Source of the DNA: Camelus ferus
Lineage: Eukaryota
Assembly (NCBI RefSeq): GCF_009834535.1
Contig: NC_045697.1
Coordinates: 71,054,001-71,118,000, forward strand
DNA: 64,000 bases
Direction: 5' to 3'
The translations under genes were made by a program, and so were the position numbers. Under the pieces are notes generated by a model. That model did not search any database. It was not told the origin of the DNA and saw nothing but the letters and a program-made list of their open reading frames with translations. Positions 14,561 through 26,985 of this stretch are shown one piece after another; the first letter of the stretch is position 1; every line of letters begins with the position of its first letter.

Positions 14561-16206
14561 TTATACTTAACACGTACCTTGGCTCACATATCAGGAAGAC
14601 ATGAACTGAATGTGCTGCTGTGACCCAAAGTCCCCAAAAGGCTAGATCTTTTTTTAAGGAAGATATTGAAAATCAAACTGAAAATATTACTTTGGTACAG
14701 AGCAAAGATTCATCTATACTAAAGTACAAACACTGCACTGAGGATCTAAACACCACACGAAAATAATGGACAGCCTACAGTTTATTGGAAAAAGCCTGAA
14801 TGAAAATATACTAAAAATGAAAATACACTCGTGTAAACATATGAGAAGAAATGTGATGAACAATTAATAAAATAAAGACACTTCTCTTTATAAAGCTAAT
14901 TATTTTGTAAAAATCAGGTTAGAGAAATGGAAGAATTAGAAAGGAAAAGGAAGACAGAATTTGGAAGCAGTTGTTGGCAAGCTCGGGCTGACATGGACTG
15001 TGACTCTGTTTTCTATTACGCTCTCTCCTTCACTAGCCTTCTTCTCTCCCATTATCTTGTCTTTTATTTCAGTGCCTTTGGTATTGAAAGCCTTGAGCTT
15101 TTTGTTTTATACTTAATTATAATTAAACTGAAAGCCAGGGAATCTCACTACACATGCAGCTAATAGCTAGGGGAAACATTTCATTTACCTTAAAACTCTC
15201 AAATTAATTATTTGGGTATTGAAGTTTGTATAAAGATGAGGGCAGGGTATAAGATCACCAGGCTTGGAATAAACCTACACTGATGCAGTCTTCCTGGAGT
15301 GTGAATTAAGATAACTGGGATACTCAAGATTTAACTTCAATTGCATTATCCTCAAATAGCACTCATTAAAAATCCACAGGGAACAGAAAAGCACACTGAA
15401 AACAAGTATGCTTTTTCATCCTGATGAAGTTTATTCTGAACGTGAAGCTAAGAAGATACAGAACCAGAAAAATATTGAGACAAGCCTGATTCTGGTTAAT
15501 AAAATCGGAAACCAAAAAGCAAACAGTATTTACAGTTTAACAATGAGCTTCCCGACACATGCTGGACAACATCCAGGGAAAAGCTTCTGGCAGTTCATCT
15601 GTTGTGCTACCTGTGAACAATTATCATCTCTGGCAGCTCATATGATAATTTATTAAAATGAGTGGAAATACTGTCTGAATGCACAGCCCAAGTTTTAAAG
15701 AAAATACTAATTATCAGAAAAAATATGTATTATTGAGCTCTTCAAGCAAGATATTATCCCCAACTATGTAATTATGATTGAATAAACACAAATAATGGGC
15801 TGACATCAAAGTTTACATATATATGTTACATTAATTAATTTTTGAATTACCTTTTTCTGATGGTTGTTAGTACCTAAAGTTCATGTGATGGATGATATCA
15901 CTATTTTTGAAAAGTTGACCAACTAGTCTTTATTGAAGGATTACAATTTGTTCAGTAGGCAGTACGTCACTCAGTGATGCTCTCATTGCTTGTACCAGGT
16001 TATAGGTACACTTACATGTTCTAATTAAAGGAATCTGTATTATCAAGCTTGTCTCACATTTCAGAGAAGATACTTATAAACAATCACTAATATCAATGTG
16101 GGAACTATTCTTGATGTAAAATTTATAAGATTGCATCATATGTATATTTTGTTTATATATTATACATAAATGATATAAATTATTTAGAATTATAAAAATA
16201 TAAAAT

Positions 16207-16242
<36 letters not shown>

Positions 16243-16259
16243 TATATACTTTTTTTTTT
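16207..16259. repeat. (TA)n(CA)n microsatellite followed by a T run
   Basis: Direct reading of the sequence. Confidence 0.9.
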
Positions 16260-16430
16260 CCAAATAGGTTGTTAACACTGGATGTCTGATTTGGAATAGG
16301 AATGGGTATGTGAAGTCTTTTCAAAATTATATATACTTGTTGAAATGGTTGTTATTTAATGTATACTTGGGGAGAGAATACATGTTTTGGCTACATTATA
16401 GTTACTTTTTAAAAAGTTTTGTTGTTTTTC

Positions 16431-16642
16431 ATTTTTATTAAAGTATAACTTCTATCCAGTGAAGTGTACGTATCTTTAACATACTGGTCAATGAATTTTT
16501 GCATATGTATATTCCCACAGAACCACTACCCAAATTCAGTTACATTTCAACACCCAGATGGCTCCCTAGTGCCCCTCCCAAACAAGATCCTTTTTAAAAA
16601 ATGTAACCACCATTCTGAACTCTTCAAATTCGTTTTGCCTGT
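16431..16642 (-). mobile_element. Old L1ME-like 3' end fragment
   Basis: TTTTTATTAAAGTATAAC..AAGTG..ATGAATTTT..ACCACTACCCA..CTCCCTAGTGCCCCT..GTAACCACCATTCTGA..GTTTTGCCTGT pattern. Confidence 0.6.
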
Positions 16643-16934
16643 AACAATTTATTTTAAAGCAAAGTTATAATCTCTCCAACTAAAACCTAAAATGCATTTT
16701 TTTAATTCTACTAAAATACTACCAGAGGATTCACATTCTGAGACCCATGCTTTCCTTTTTTGCCAACCTGTTAAAGATCCTGTTTTAATCAGAAAGGATC
16801 TATGATATCCTTATCACACCTATTTACCTTTTAAATGATTCAATACACATTTCCTGTCCCTTACTACGTAATGGATGTAAAGCATCCTGTATGTACTGGG
16901 AATTTAGGAAATATTAACTCCTTTCTTGTAAATA

Positions 16935-17125
16935 AGAAGGAAGGCAGGCAGAAAGGGGGGTGCATGGAGAGAGATTGGGGGAAGAGAAAGAAAGAGAGAG
17001 AGAAGAGAGTGGGAGAGAGAAAGGAAGGAAGGGAGGAGAGGAGGAAGAAAGGGGTAAGGAGGAGAAGAAAAGAAAAGAAAAGAATAGGGGGAAGGAAAGA
17101 TAGGATTAAAGAAAAGAAAAGAAAA
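16935..17125. repeat. GA-rich low-complexity polypurine tract
   Basis: About 190 bp of almost pure A/G; explains the K/R/E-rich ORF 16835..17131. Confidence 0.85.
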
Positions 17126-20100
17126 CTCTAAATTTCTGGCTCAGAGTACCTTAAAAATAAGTCTTCTTTTCACAATTTATTTCCCTCTCCTCTGTGGCAA
17201 GAACAAAATATCTTCCCAAACACTGAGTAAAACCTGAGTGCAGCCAATATGGAAGGAGTGGCATGGTAAATGAAAGGGCAAGGGTGGACTGGAGAGGGGA
17301 GCCCTGCCAGCCCTCGCCCTCAACATCTGGTGGGAGAGACATGCCAAGCACAACACTGTCTTGTTGGCAACTGTTTTGTCATTTAAAATTTGAACATTCC
17401 GCAGAGCTGAAGATCTTAAACAAAATTATCATCTGATATTCTTAAAAAAAAAAAAAGTCTTGGGTAAAAAAAAAATTATGGCAGTTAATGAGCAATGAAA
17501 TAAAAATTAGTTAAATAATTAGTTATTTTTGTCCATGTGGTATCGGATGGCTAATTGGAATAATATTTTCACTGGATTAACTGGTTTAGGTGGAAACAGA
17601 GAGGCAAGTTCCATTGGCCTTTTTGCCGGGTGAGATGTGAATGAGTTGCACTAATCACTTTCAACCGGAACCTCAACTATCTTTCCATCCCTGCTCTAAA
17701 TAATTAAACAGATATTTATAATTTAAAATTAGTTCGGTTTAGTCAGTATGAGAGATTGAGCTTCCTCTATCTTCTTACTAATTTGTATCACAGACAGTTT
17801 CCTCCAATTTATCTATCTCCCCCAATGAAGCAGCACTAAGGGTATAATTTTCTTAATTAGTTTAATTGGTTCATTGATAATAGTAGTGCTATGATTTACT
17901 TTGTAATTTATGCCTTTTATTGATGTGTATTTTTGAAAACTTGTCTAAGGGAGTAAGGAAAAGAAGGATGCAAAAGAGGAAGCAAGGAAATACATATATG
18001 TAGCTTCAGATACACATCAAGCTGCTCACTAAAATAACTCTACATGCTGTGAAACATTCTAGTCAAAGTGCTGTCCTCAGTCACAGGACGATTTGGTGAG
18101 GGATGTGCACTGGCTGGGAAAAGATCCAAACTCCTGAAATGTCAGATGCAGCTCCTCTAAGACATCATTTGCCTGGTCTGACAAGCACACAGAGAGGCAG
18201 CCGTGGAACAGCAATGCACTAGAAAGACAATGGGCTGCAGGGAGACAGCCAGACAATTTCTTCCTCCTGTCTGTGACATCGCTCTGTCACCGAACATCAC
18301 TTGCTGTACCATTCGCTTGTTTTTCTCAGGCAGAAGCATGGAACATTGCCTGACTTGCTGTGGTTCGTTCCAGTCTATGAGTTCACAGCTAATAAACACA
18401 ACAACTCTTTATGCTTCAAGGTGTTTGAGGCCTGGGCTGAGATCTAGATGCGAGCACTGCGCGGGAGGGGCCAGCCCTCTGAGGTCAAGGCCGTGCCTTG
18501 CAGTGCAGAATGGCTAGAAAGGGGGCCTGTGGAAGCGAATAGAAGGAAACAGCTGTGAGTGCCTCTGTTTGCAGTTCTGAGTTTTTCCCTGCGTTCGCAG
18601 AGAAACACACTCAGACATGAACATATATAAACACATAGGCTCAAAGAGCATTATGTATCAAGGAGATTAGTTAGCAAAATGCCATCATCAGAAAGAGGAT
18701 GGGATTTGGTGTGAGACAAATTATTACCCCAAACTAAGTTACCTCTTTCATTGCTGCTCAAAAGCTTGCTTGTTTTATTTGGGCTAACTTGGTGAGGAAT
18801 GATTTCTAATCTTGGCAAAAGAAGATGGGGGAGAGGTGGGGAGGGAGCACATAAAAGGAGCTCCATGTACTGCCCAGGGCACATTTCCCAGTGCCTGTGA
18901 ATACTACAGCGGAGACTCATTGATTTGGTAAAAATTAAACTTAAGGCTCCTCTTGCCCAGAGGACAGCCAAAGGAGAGCACCTGCAGCGGAGCTCTGAAT
19001 CATTGAGATGAACCACGAAGCCTGTTAGGGTAGTACTCACTGGAAAGCTGAGCTCTCATTTTAGAATTTTACTTAAGCCAATAGAATATTCAAAGAGAAG
19101 ATTTCATATTTAAAGCTTTGACCTTCAGATGACATAGCTGGGGGAGAGGGCTGTATGTGAGAGTCTGTGGACGCGTGAGTGAATGGAAGAGTACACCTCA
19201 GTGTCTGCATTACTGATGTGCGCAGTATTTTCCATGGTTTGTTTAGCGAATAAACAGCTAAGGCACGGGGTGTAGGAGAAAGAGCACAGACTCAGAATCC
19301 CGGCACTGCCATTTACTGTGTGTGTGACTCTCTAGGAGCCTTGGTTTCTGCAGGCTGAAAAAAAGACATTTACACATTCCTTGCAGAGCTGCAAGGGATA
19401 AATGAGATAATTTATACTAAGCAAACTATACATTTCCAGCTTGCGAACCATGTCAGCTTCCTTAATCCACAATAAAAAGCCCCAAAGTATTCTCAGTAAG
19501 TATATTTTACAGAAATGTCTGTTCTGTTTTAAATATGATGCCATCACTGAGCCATGCCCCAAACCCTCAAAGGTCACAGTCTAATCAAAACGGATCATTT
19601 TTACACATGAGGCCATCACATTGTTGTCATTTCTGTATGCATGTGGCAAGTCCCTGGGGCTGTACTCTCAGGCTCCTAGAGCTCAATTAAAGCTGTTTTT
19701 GAAGACGGGGACTCTGAAATATGCATCTCAGAGCTTTTAAATGTCCTGTGATACCTACATTCCTTGCGTCACCAACATTTGATTTCACACTTCAATCCTT
19801 TGCTTGAATTGGAGAAGGTACATATTACATAAAATACCACAACTGTCATAGTTCAAATATTTAGATTAATTGTAGACTAAAAAAAAAGTCTACTGAGGAA
19901 CAAGTTAGTGGTTACTGCCTCTCAACTTCTTTACTTTAAAGAAACAGAGTTCTAAAAAGCTCTAATTAGGGAGAGTTTAAGAAATTTCAAATGGTTTAAG
20001 GTCAGAGATTCAGAAGCCTGAACTCTTCTTGTGAAAAATCAAAGTTACATAAAGATTGGGAAGATTAAAAAATAATTTTATCTAAAAACAGCTGAGGAGA

Positions 20101-20574
20101 CAAAAGAGAAGTTCGATTGTGCCAATTTCTACTTAAGCAATATATGATTTAGTGCTTTATCTTTATTACTAAATTAATAAGAAACCATGTTACTTTTAGT
20201 CCTTGATTTGACTTTAAAAGATGAAAAATTATTAAAAATCACAAATACTATGGTATTAAAAAAATTTCCAACATAACACTCCATCATTTGGCTGATAAAA
20301 ATAATCACTCCCATCAGAAGCCTGTTGGACATTCCTTGTTTGGAAGGTGAACTTCAAGGAAAGTAGGACTTGTATTTCATTCGTCCTTCATAGGAGCATA
20401 TAGATGTTAAATGACTATGATGAATTTAAGAGTCACTGAAATAATTTTTTAAAATATTTACTTAGATTCCACATAAGCCTCATTTAAGGGAAGTGGCAGA
20501 AACTATCTCCCATTGCTGTTTTCTGTCTGTTGCAGTCTTTCCCAAGTCCGGCTGTGCACTGAAATCACCTATGG

Positions 20575-20946
20575 CCATACCAACAAATTCTGGCCCAGGG
20601 GAAGTGATTGTTCCACCTCTTGGAAACATCCTTAAATGAGAGGACATATGCTTTACTTTCTCCTTTTCCTTCTAGTTGAATGTATTGTGGGGGCATGAGA
20701 GCTGAAGCTGGTGTAGCTGTCTTGCGTTATAAGGTTGATTTTGAAATAAGGTCATGCACATCGGATCAATAAGGCAGGGTCTGGGCCCTGGCACCACGCT
20801 GAGTGACGCCAGCCATGGTCCGCCCAACTGTAGGCTTTTACTAGAGAGAGAAATAAACTTCTATCTTGTTCAAACCACCATTATGTCAGTTTATTTCTTT
20901 TCCTTTTCCTCTTACTCTTGGCAGATACTGGCCCTAATGTGATACA
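20575..20946 (+). mobile_element. Old MLT1 (I/J/K-like) LTR fragment
   Basis: GAGAGAGAAATAAACTTCTATCTTGTTCAAACCAC ... CCTAATGTGATACA 3' terminus pattern. Confidence 0.55.
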
Positions 20947-22527
20947 AAGGTCTTAACAAAATTTGTACTCAGTCACACTTCCCTGCCAAGCTGGTCAAGT
21001 TAGGTCATGAATGAGATTTACAAGGTTTACTAGTTTCTTTCTCTGTATGTTTTTCACTTTAATTTCTCTCCAGGCTAAATCTTACTTGTTCCTTGTTTCT
21101 AACCCCAGTCATGAAAGCTCTCGAATTTCTCCCACTTTTCTATATCCCAATGGTAATTATTTTCTGCACCTCTTTTATTCCAAGATTTCAATAATCAGTT
21201 CAAATAATAGTTGAATCCTGGATGACTACCTATCCTAGGCTTCTGATTCTATGAAGCTTTTTATATTTCCCTACATAGGTTTAGGTTTCTAGAGAGCAAA
21301 GATGTGCATTTCTTTAAATTTTCCAAATTACAGTGCATGTACATGTTATATGCTTGATAATACATTATTTACTAAATGGAAGAAATACCTAAAATGTACT
21401 TTCTTTTTTTGGGCTTATATACCAACACAATCCCCGCTCTCTCTCCAACCATTAATAATGAAGAAATATGTGGATATATTTATAGTCAAATATACATAGT
21501 CAGTGAATGGAGGTGAGTTGAATAACCAAAAAAAAAGTTGGTGTAATAGTTTAAAAACAAAAGCCATTTAGGAGTGACATGTTTTTCAACATTAAATATT
21601 CCTATAATAAATAATTATTATGATGAAAATTTAACAACCTAGAATCTCTTCTATAAATGATCATTATGAATATATGACATTGGTGTGAGACTTCAGTATA
21701 TTTGATTTCTCTTTTTAATTAAGAATAATTGTTTTCCTTTTTAATGCATTTTTCCAAGAGCATATATATAATGTCAGCTACTATAGTATGAGCTCTGATT
21801 CTTTAAAATGTATTCTTATTTCAAACATTTTTATAAATAAATATTTAATAAGTCCTTTCTATGTATGAGACACCACGTTAAGCACCAGGAAGAACAAACA
21901 CATGAATTAAACGAGATCCTTGCCTTTATTTTGCATGTAATTTCTACTTACCTGAAGCAGATGCAGCTGGGGAGCTGAGGAAGAACCTCTACTCAAAGGT
22001 TATCTGTTTTTTTTTTTAATTAAAGCTTTTGACAAATTACCCTAGTTAGATGACAGGTGCCAAAAAAGACAAAATACAGCAGCTGTAAGTGGACTCACAC
22101 ATACACACACAAATGCAGGCAGACACACACTTGCACTTGACTATCAGTTTATAAAAATGACTGATTGTCTCACAATTATAAGATATAACCATGCAAACAC
22201 ATTCCTCCTTATTTTATCAACTTTGATTAGTTCTCACCACAGGAGACAGAATTATCTAATGTAAAATATGATGCAATTTTTGTAAAAAGTTGCAAAGTAC
22301 AAAAGGTAAAATCTCACTATTAGTCATTTCCTTGGCATTTCTATGCAATATAAAGCATATAGGAATCAACTGGAAACAGAATATATAATATCCCCCAAAT
22401 TGTATGCTTTAAAGTTCACTGTTAAAGACCAGAGATTTGCTTAAGGCAGTAATATTTACCACTTTCATTTTGCTAAGATATTGCTGATCAATTACTGAGC
22501 AGCTAAGAAGAAAAGATGCAAACTTAC

Positions 22528-22652
22528 TTCGATACTGAAGTACCCTCTGTCAACATAGTCCCCTAAGAAGAGGTAGCGAGTGTTGGCAGGAGATCCCCCC
22601 ACTTCAAAGAGCTTCATCAAGTCGAAGAATTGTCCATGTATGTCCCCACAAA
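22528..22652 (-). CDS. PPP3CA: Calcineurin A alpha (serine/threonine-protein phosphatase 2B catalytic subunit alpha), coding exon (inferred exon 3), 125 bp
   Basis: Minus strand reads tttcag|TT TGT GGG GAC ATA CAT GGA CAA ... AGT ATC GAA|gtaagt = (V)[41 protein letters not shown]. Contains the PPP GDIHG and GDYVDRG metal-binding motifs; canonical AG/GT. Confidence 0.97.
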
Positions 22653-22879
22653 CTGAAAGGAACAAAGAAAATTCGTTTTATGGTCGCATTATGTTAAGAC
22701 TCTGAATTAGATAGTAAAATTACAGACTTCTAGAGTCAGAAGGAATTTAGAGTTCATCTAGCGAAAACAAGAAAGTGAGACAGAGATTACAAAGTTAACT
22801 TGTGGCAGACCTGGCTTCAGCATTCAGGTCTATCAATTCACAGATTAAGGGAAAAAATAAAGAAAACAATAAAAATAAT

Positions 22880-23080
22880 GGCTATTACTTGCTGTGCAAT
22901 GAATAATTCTACACCAGACACTGTGCTAAGAAATTTATACACATTTTGTAATTTAATACCAACAATGTCATGGCATAGGTTTTCCTTCCACAGAGAAGAG
23001 ATGAGGCAAAGAGAGGCTTAGGTATTTGACATAATCTATATTCTGAAGTCTGAATATATATCTACTACATGTGATTGCCT
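22880..23080 (-). mobile_element. MIR SINE fragment
   Basis: CCAGACACTGTGCTAAG, ACAGAGAAGAGATGAGGCAAAGAGAGGCTTAGGTATTTG. Confidence 0.55.
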
Positions 23081-23117
23081 CCTAAACAAAAAGAAATGCC
23101 AATACACAGTATAAAAA

Positions 23118-23310
23118 CCATATTTCACTGAAATGTAAAATACCATCAATTATAAAACACATCATTATTTTATGTACCAGTAAGAAAGAAAATAACTCCA
23201 ATTAAATTTAAATTTGTGTTATAAAAGAGCTTTTTATAAGATGTATTCTAATACCAGATGCTAAAATTTTAAAAATAATTGTGAAATGAAAAAAATCCTG
23301 TAAAACAGTA
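23118..23310. mobile_element. Short TcMar-Tc2-like (MER104/Kanga-type) MITE relic
   Basis: CCATATTTCACTGAA..AATACCATCAATTATAAAACACATCATTATTTTATGTACCA.TAAGAAAGAAAA; similar to 41813-41870. Confidence 0.5.
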
Positions 23311-25029
23311 CAAATATTACTGGAATTGATATTTCTTAACTTTCTCACTTCTTTTAAACCAAAATTCTTAAGAGCTACGTATCTCTCTTTTTAAAAACCA
23401 CATATTCAATATTTACTATTTCATTTACTACTTTTAAAGCCCTAAAAAAATAATTAACTCCATTATGGTTATGTGGCCAGGCAAGATCACCGCTAACAAT
23501 GAATGATCCAGAGTTTCCACTCAGATTTGCCTAATTGAAAGATTTTTGCTGATATAACCATCATGTTATATCTTTGATTTTTTTATATAGCTTACATATG
23601 TGTATGTATATATACTTAATATTTTAAACAGTTTTGTGTTTGAATGATGAGTGTGATGTGGCTGTTTCTTGAACACGAAGAGGTTCACAGAATGAACGAA
23701 TCAGAGAACAAGAAATCAGGAGGTCAAGGATGCTCTCTCAACATACTCTATGCTGCAATCACAAGCAAGGTATGGAAATGTTTTAAACTTCATTCCTTTA
23801 TCTGATGAAAATTGATAGAATGGAGAATAAGTCAAAGGAATTTATTGGTGAAAAAACTGTAAGACAATGGATGAATAAAAATGTCATATAAATTCCTATT
23901 TTTACCATCAAGAAACAGCTAGTAAGGACCCAGAGGGATAGATGGACTCTATTACAGAATGTCTGCACCTGAAAGCCTTAAAAACCTATCAAAAGGGATA
24001 TAAATTACAAGGAGCTGTAACCGCTAATGTATTCTTTCGTGGGTTCCAACCCCACAGCTTATTCCCTCTCACAAGCAAGAGATACACTGGAGAAATCTCA
24101 GAAATGTATCCTTCCACTTTTGAGATACTATCACATTAGAAGATCGCTTATAAATAATTTTTTTTATTCCTCAGTTGACTATTTTGCAAATGGGTCCTTA
24201 CCCTGGATTAGTGAGGAATTTGGTTTTTGAGAGACATACCATGTACTTTCTTGTAATATTTTAACCAAAGGGAAAGAAAGAAAGAGCAACAAGTGTCGTG
24301 GTTCAAACACTGCTGGGCACAGATGCCAGTACCCACTTTGGAGGAGACTTGCATTCCTGCATTTAGAACTGCAAAAACTGATGTAAATAAAAAAAGTAAC
24401 AGAAAAACTAAAAATTAAGTAGATAATAAAACAATTCTTAAAACTAACATGGGCTAATAACAATAAAACTAATAAGAAATCCACTTAAAAGACTGAATTA
24501 GCCCATCATGCATGACCACATTTTAAAAAGGCAAGGATAAAGCTTATTAGTTAGTAAGTAATAAGATAATTCACCTTGATTTATTCTTGGAAATTATGGT
24601 TGGTATAGCTTACTTATCACAAGTTTCTCTCAAATTGTAGGAAGTTTTACACCTGTCATGTGTATATTTCAAAACCAGGAATCACAAATAAAGAAGGTTT
24701 GGCTGGAAACTAAGCCTTTCTTCACATGCCCTTCATTATGTTCAGAAGTTGAAGGAAGGAATTTCAGGGAAAGAAAGTATGAAGCAGAGCGTTTAAATGT
24801 GAATGCCTGTGACCATGAATTTTTGCCGCTGGCCCTCTCTCATCTATCAGAGGAACAAGGGTCAATCATGGGGTAAGGCTCAGGTAAAACATGAAACCAG
24901 ATGATGGGGTAGGATGGAGGAGTCGAGCATTATTTGGAAATTTGTATTATAGTGGCAAATGTAATAATCATATTTTTAGGCTACTATTAAGGGGCCCCCA
25001 AGTCAAAGTGGTAGTATCAAAGCCATTAG

Positions 25030-25270
25030 AGGCAGTGTGGCACAGCATTTAATGGCCCGGACTCTGGAGCCAGACAGTCAGGTTCCAGTGCTACTTACTA
25101 CCTGAGTGACTTTGGATAAGTTACTCAACTCCTTTGAGCCTCAATGTATTCATCTATAAAATGGGGTGACACAGGTACCTTACCTTACTGGGCTATTGTG
25201 AGACTTAAAGGTATCAATGATGTAATGGGATTAGAAGAGTTCCTGGAACCTGATATGAACCTGATAAATG
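25030..25270 (+). mobile_element. MIR SINE (near full length)
   Basis: GACTCTGGAGCCAGAC, GTGACTTTGGATAAGTTACTCAACTCCTTTGAGCCTCA, CATCTATAAAATGGGG. Confidence 0.8.
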
Positions 25271-26016
25271 ATATGTCAAAGTGGCATTTCATTTCAAAAT
25301 AGTTGCATCTAAAATAGCAAGGTCCCAGAAAGAATGTGCTTGGGTCTGGGGAAGGGAGGACCAGAGCATCTTCTGGAGTGTCTTCTTCACCTTTCTTCCC
25401 CTCCCAGCCTCTCTTTCTATTTTGATTCTTCCGTTTCAATTCCTGGCTATGGCTAAAAATTCAAGGATCAGTAATTTTTATATCTCCATGTCAAAGACAA
25501 GTAGAAAGACATTAATTCAGGTTGTGGACCATGGGTTAGGAATTAAGTGATTTTAGCAACTGACATACAACTGCAATGTAATCTGAACAGAATGACAAAA
25601 TTTTATAAATAAATGGGCTCTAGACAATGCAAATATTAAGGATTTCTTTTGTTGGAGTACAAAAGTACATTTTCATGAATGCAATTTTATAAAAACTGAA
25701 AAGTAAGCTTTTCTTTCTGGCCTAACTTTGTGATAAGAGATAATCTCAATGATTGACAAGATCAGCACAATTACTGGACCTTGGCTTGATGATAGTTAAA
25801 ACAGCAGAGAGCAACTGCTGTAAACCTGGCATGGAAAACTAAATACCCTAAAATCTGATACCTGTATGACGGCCACATTATCACTAACTTTACCTTAGAA
25901 CAGCCACACAATTCAAATCATACTTTTATAGTAAGGATCGCTTATGATAGTGTCAGAAAGGGAAAGCGACTTGTACATGTAATCATAAAAAATATTAAAA
26001 GTCCAACAAAAGGAAA

Positions 26017-26093
26017 CATTTTGAGTTTATTTTTGTGGATGGTGTAAGGGAGTGTTCTAGCTTCATTGATTTACATGCTGCTGTCTAGTTTTC
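26017..26093 (-). mobile_element. Isolated internal LINE-1 ORF2 fragment
   Basis: Minus strand translates EN*TAACKSMKLEHSLTPSTKINSK, matching the L1 ORF2 C-terminal region as recalled (ENW..CK.MKL....TPYTKINSKW). Confidence 0.8.
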
Positions 26094-26289
26094 AGTAACT
26101 CAAATATATATATACCTGAAAAATGGAGATATCTTATTAGGAGGTTTAAGGAGTTCCCTGATCAGTTTAAGATAAAGCTATTTATCTTTTTTTTTTTTTA
26201 TCATTTATCATTTATTTAGTCACCATTCTATTTCCCTTCTTGTTCACTAGACACCAGTCTTCTCTGTTTTGAATAAGCAGTTTCTTTCT

Positions 26290-26628
26290 TCCTTGTATTT
26301 TCACAGGTTGACTCCTTTCCCTCCAATTCGTCTCACCTACACGTCACTAGTGTAAGGAGGTCTTTCTTGACCACCCTACATAAAGGAGCTACCTCTCTCC
26401 AAAATCACCCTTCTTCCCGTTGACTTCCCATCAACTTGTATCACTTCACAGTATTTATGATCAGGAATTATCTAGATGATTCATTAGCATGCTTGTTTCT
26501 TCCCTGATTCTTCCCATTGGACTATAACCTGTATGAGGCATAGAGCCTGTGTGAAGCTGTCAGTCTGGTTCGCTGTAACCCCCGTGTGGAGAACAGCGCC
26601 TCCACCCAGTAGGTGCACGAGAAATGTG
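26290..26628 (+). mobile_element. L2 3' end fragment
   Basis: GAGGTCTTTCTTGACCACCCTA, CCCATTGGACTATAACCTGTATGAGG, AGAACAGCGCCT..AGTAGGTGC. Confidence 0.6.
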
Positions 26629-26854
26629 CCATCCTAGGATGCTTTCCCTGAGCCTGTGCTGTGCTTAACTTGGAAATCCATTAACTAAGAAGTCAAGATT
26701 CTAAGATGCCCTTGGGACTGACAGAGCTGGACACAGGTCTGTGGGTTTGTTCTGGTGAAACTGAAGGTATTCAACTTGTCTGAGATGGTACTTCTCTAGA
26801 GCTTTTGAAATAGCACATGGCAAGATAGGTAGAATGTGGGACCTCTGTGCATCT

Positions 26855-26985
26855 CATGGTGGTTTCTTTACCTGGTTCTACATCAGAAACACTTGGGGAG
26901 GTTTTGTAACTACAGATTCCTGGGTCCTGAATCAGAATTCACAGAGAGGTATATTTATAACAAGTTCTTAGATGATTTGTATCTG
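26855..26985. mobile_element. MER5-like hAT-Charlie MITE relic
   Basis: GGTGGTTTC..CATCAGAAACACTTGGGGAG..ACAGATTCCTGGGTCC..TGAATCAGAAT..TAACAAGTTC..GATGATT. Confidence 0.55.

Noticed and set aside
16835..17131. K/R/E-rich 98-aa protein
   Set aside because: Translation of a GA-rich low-complexity tract.
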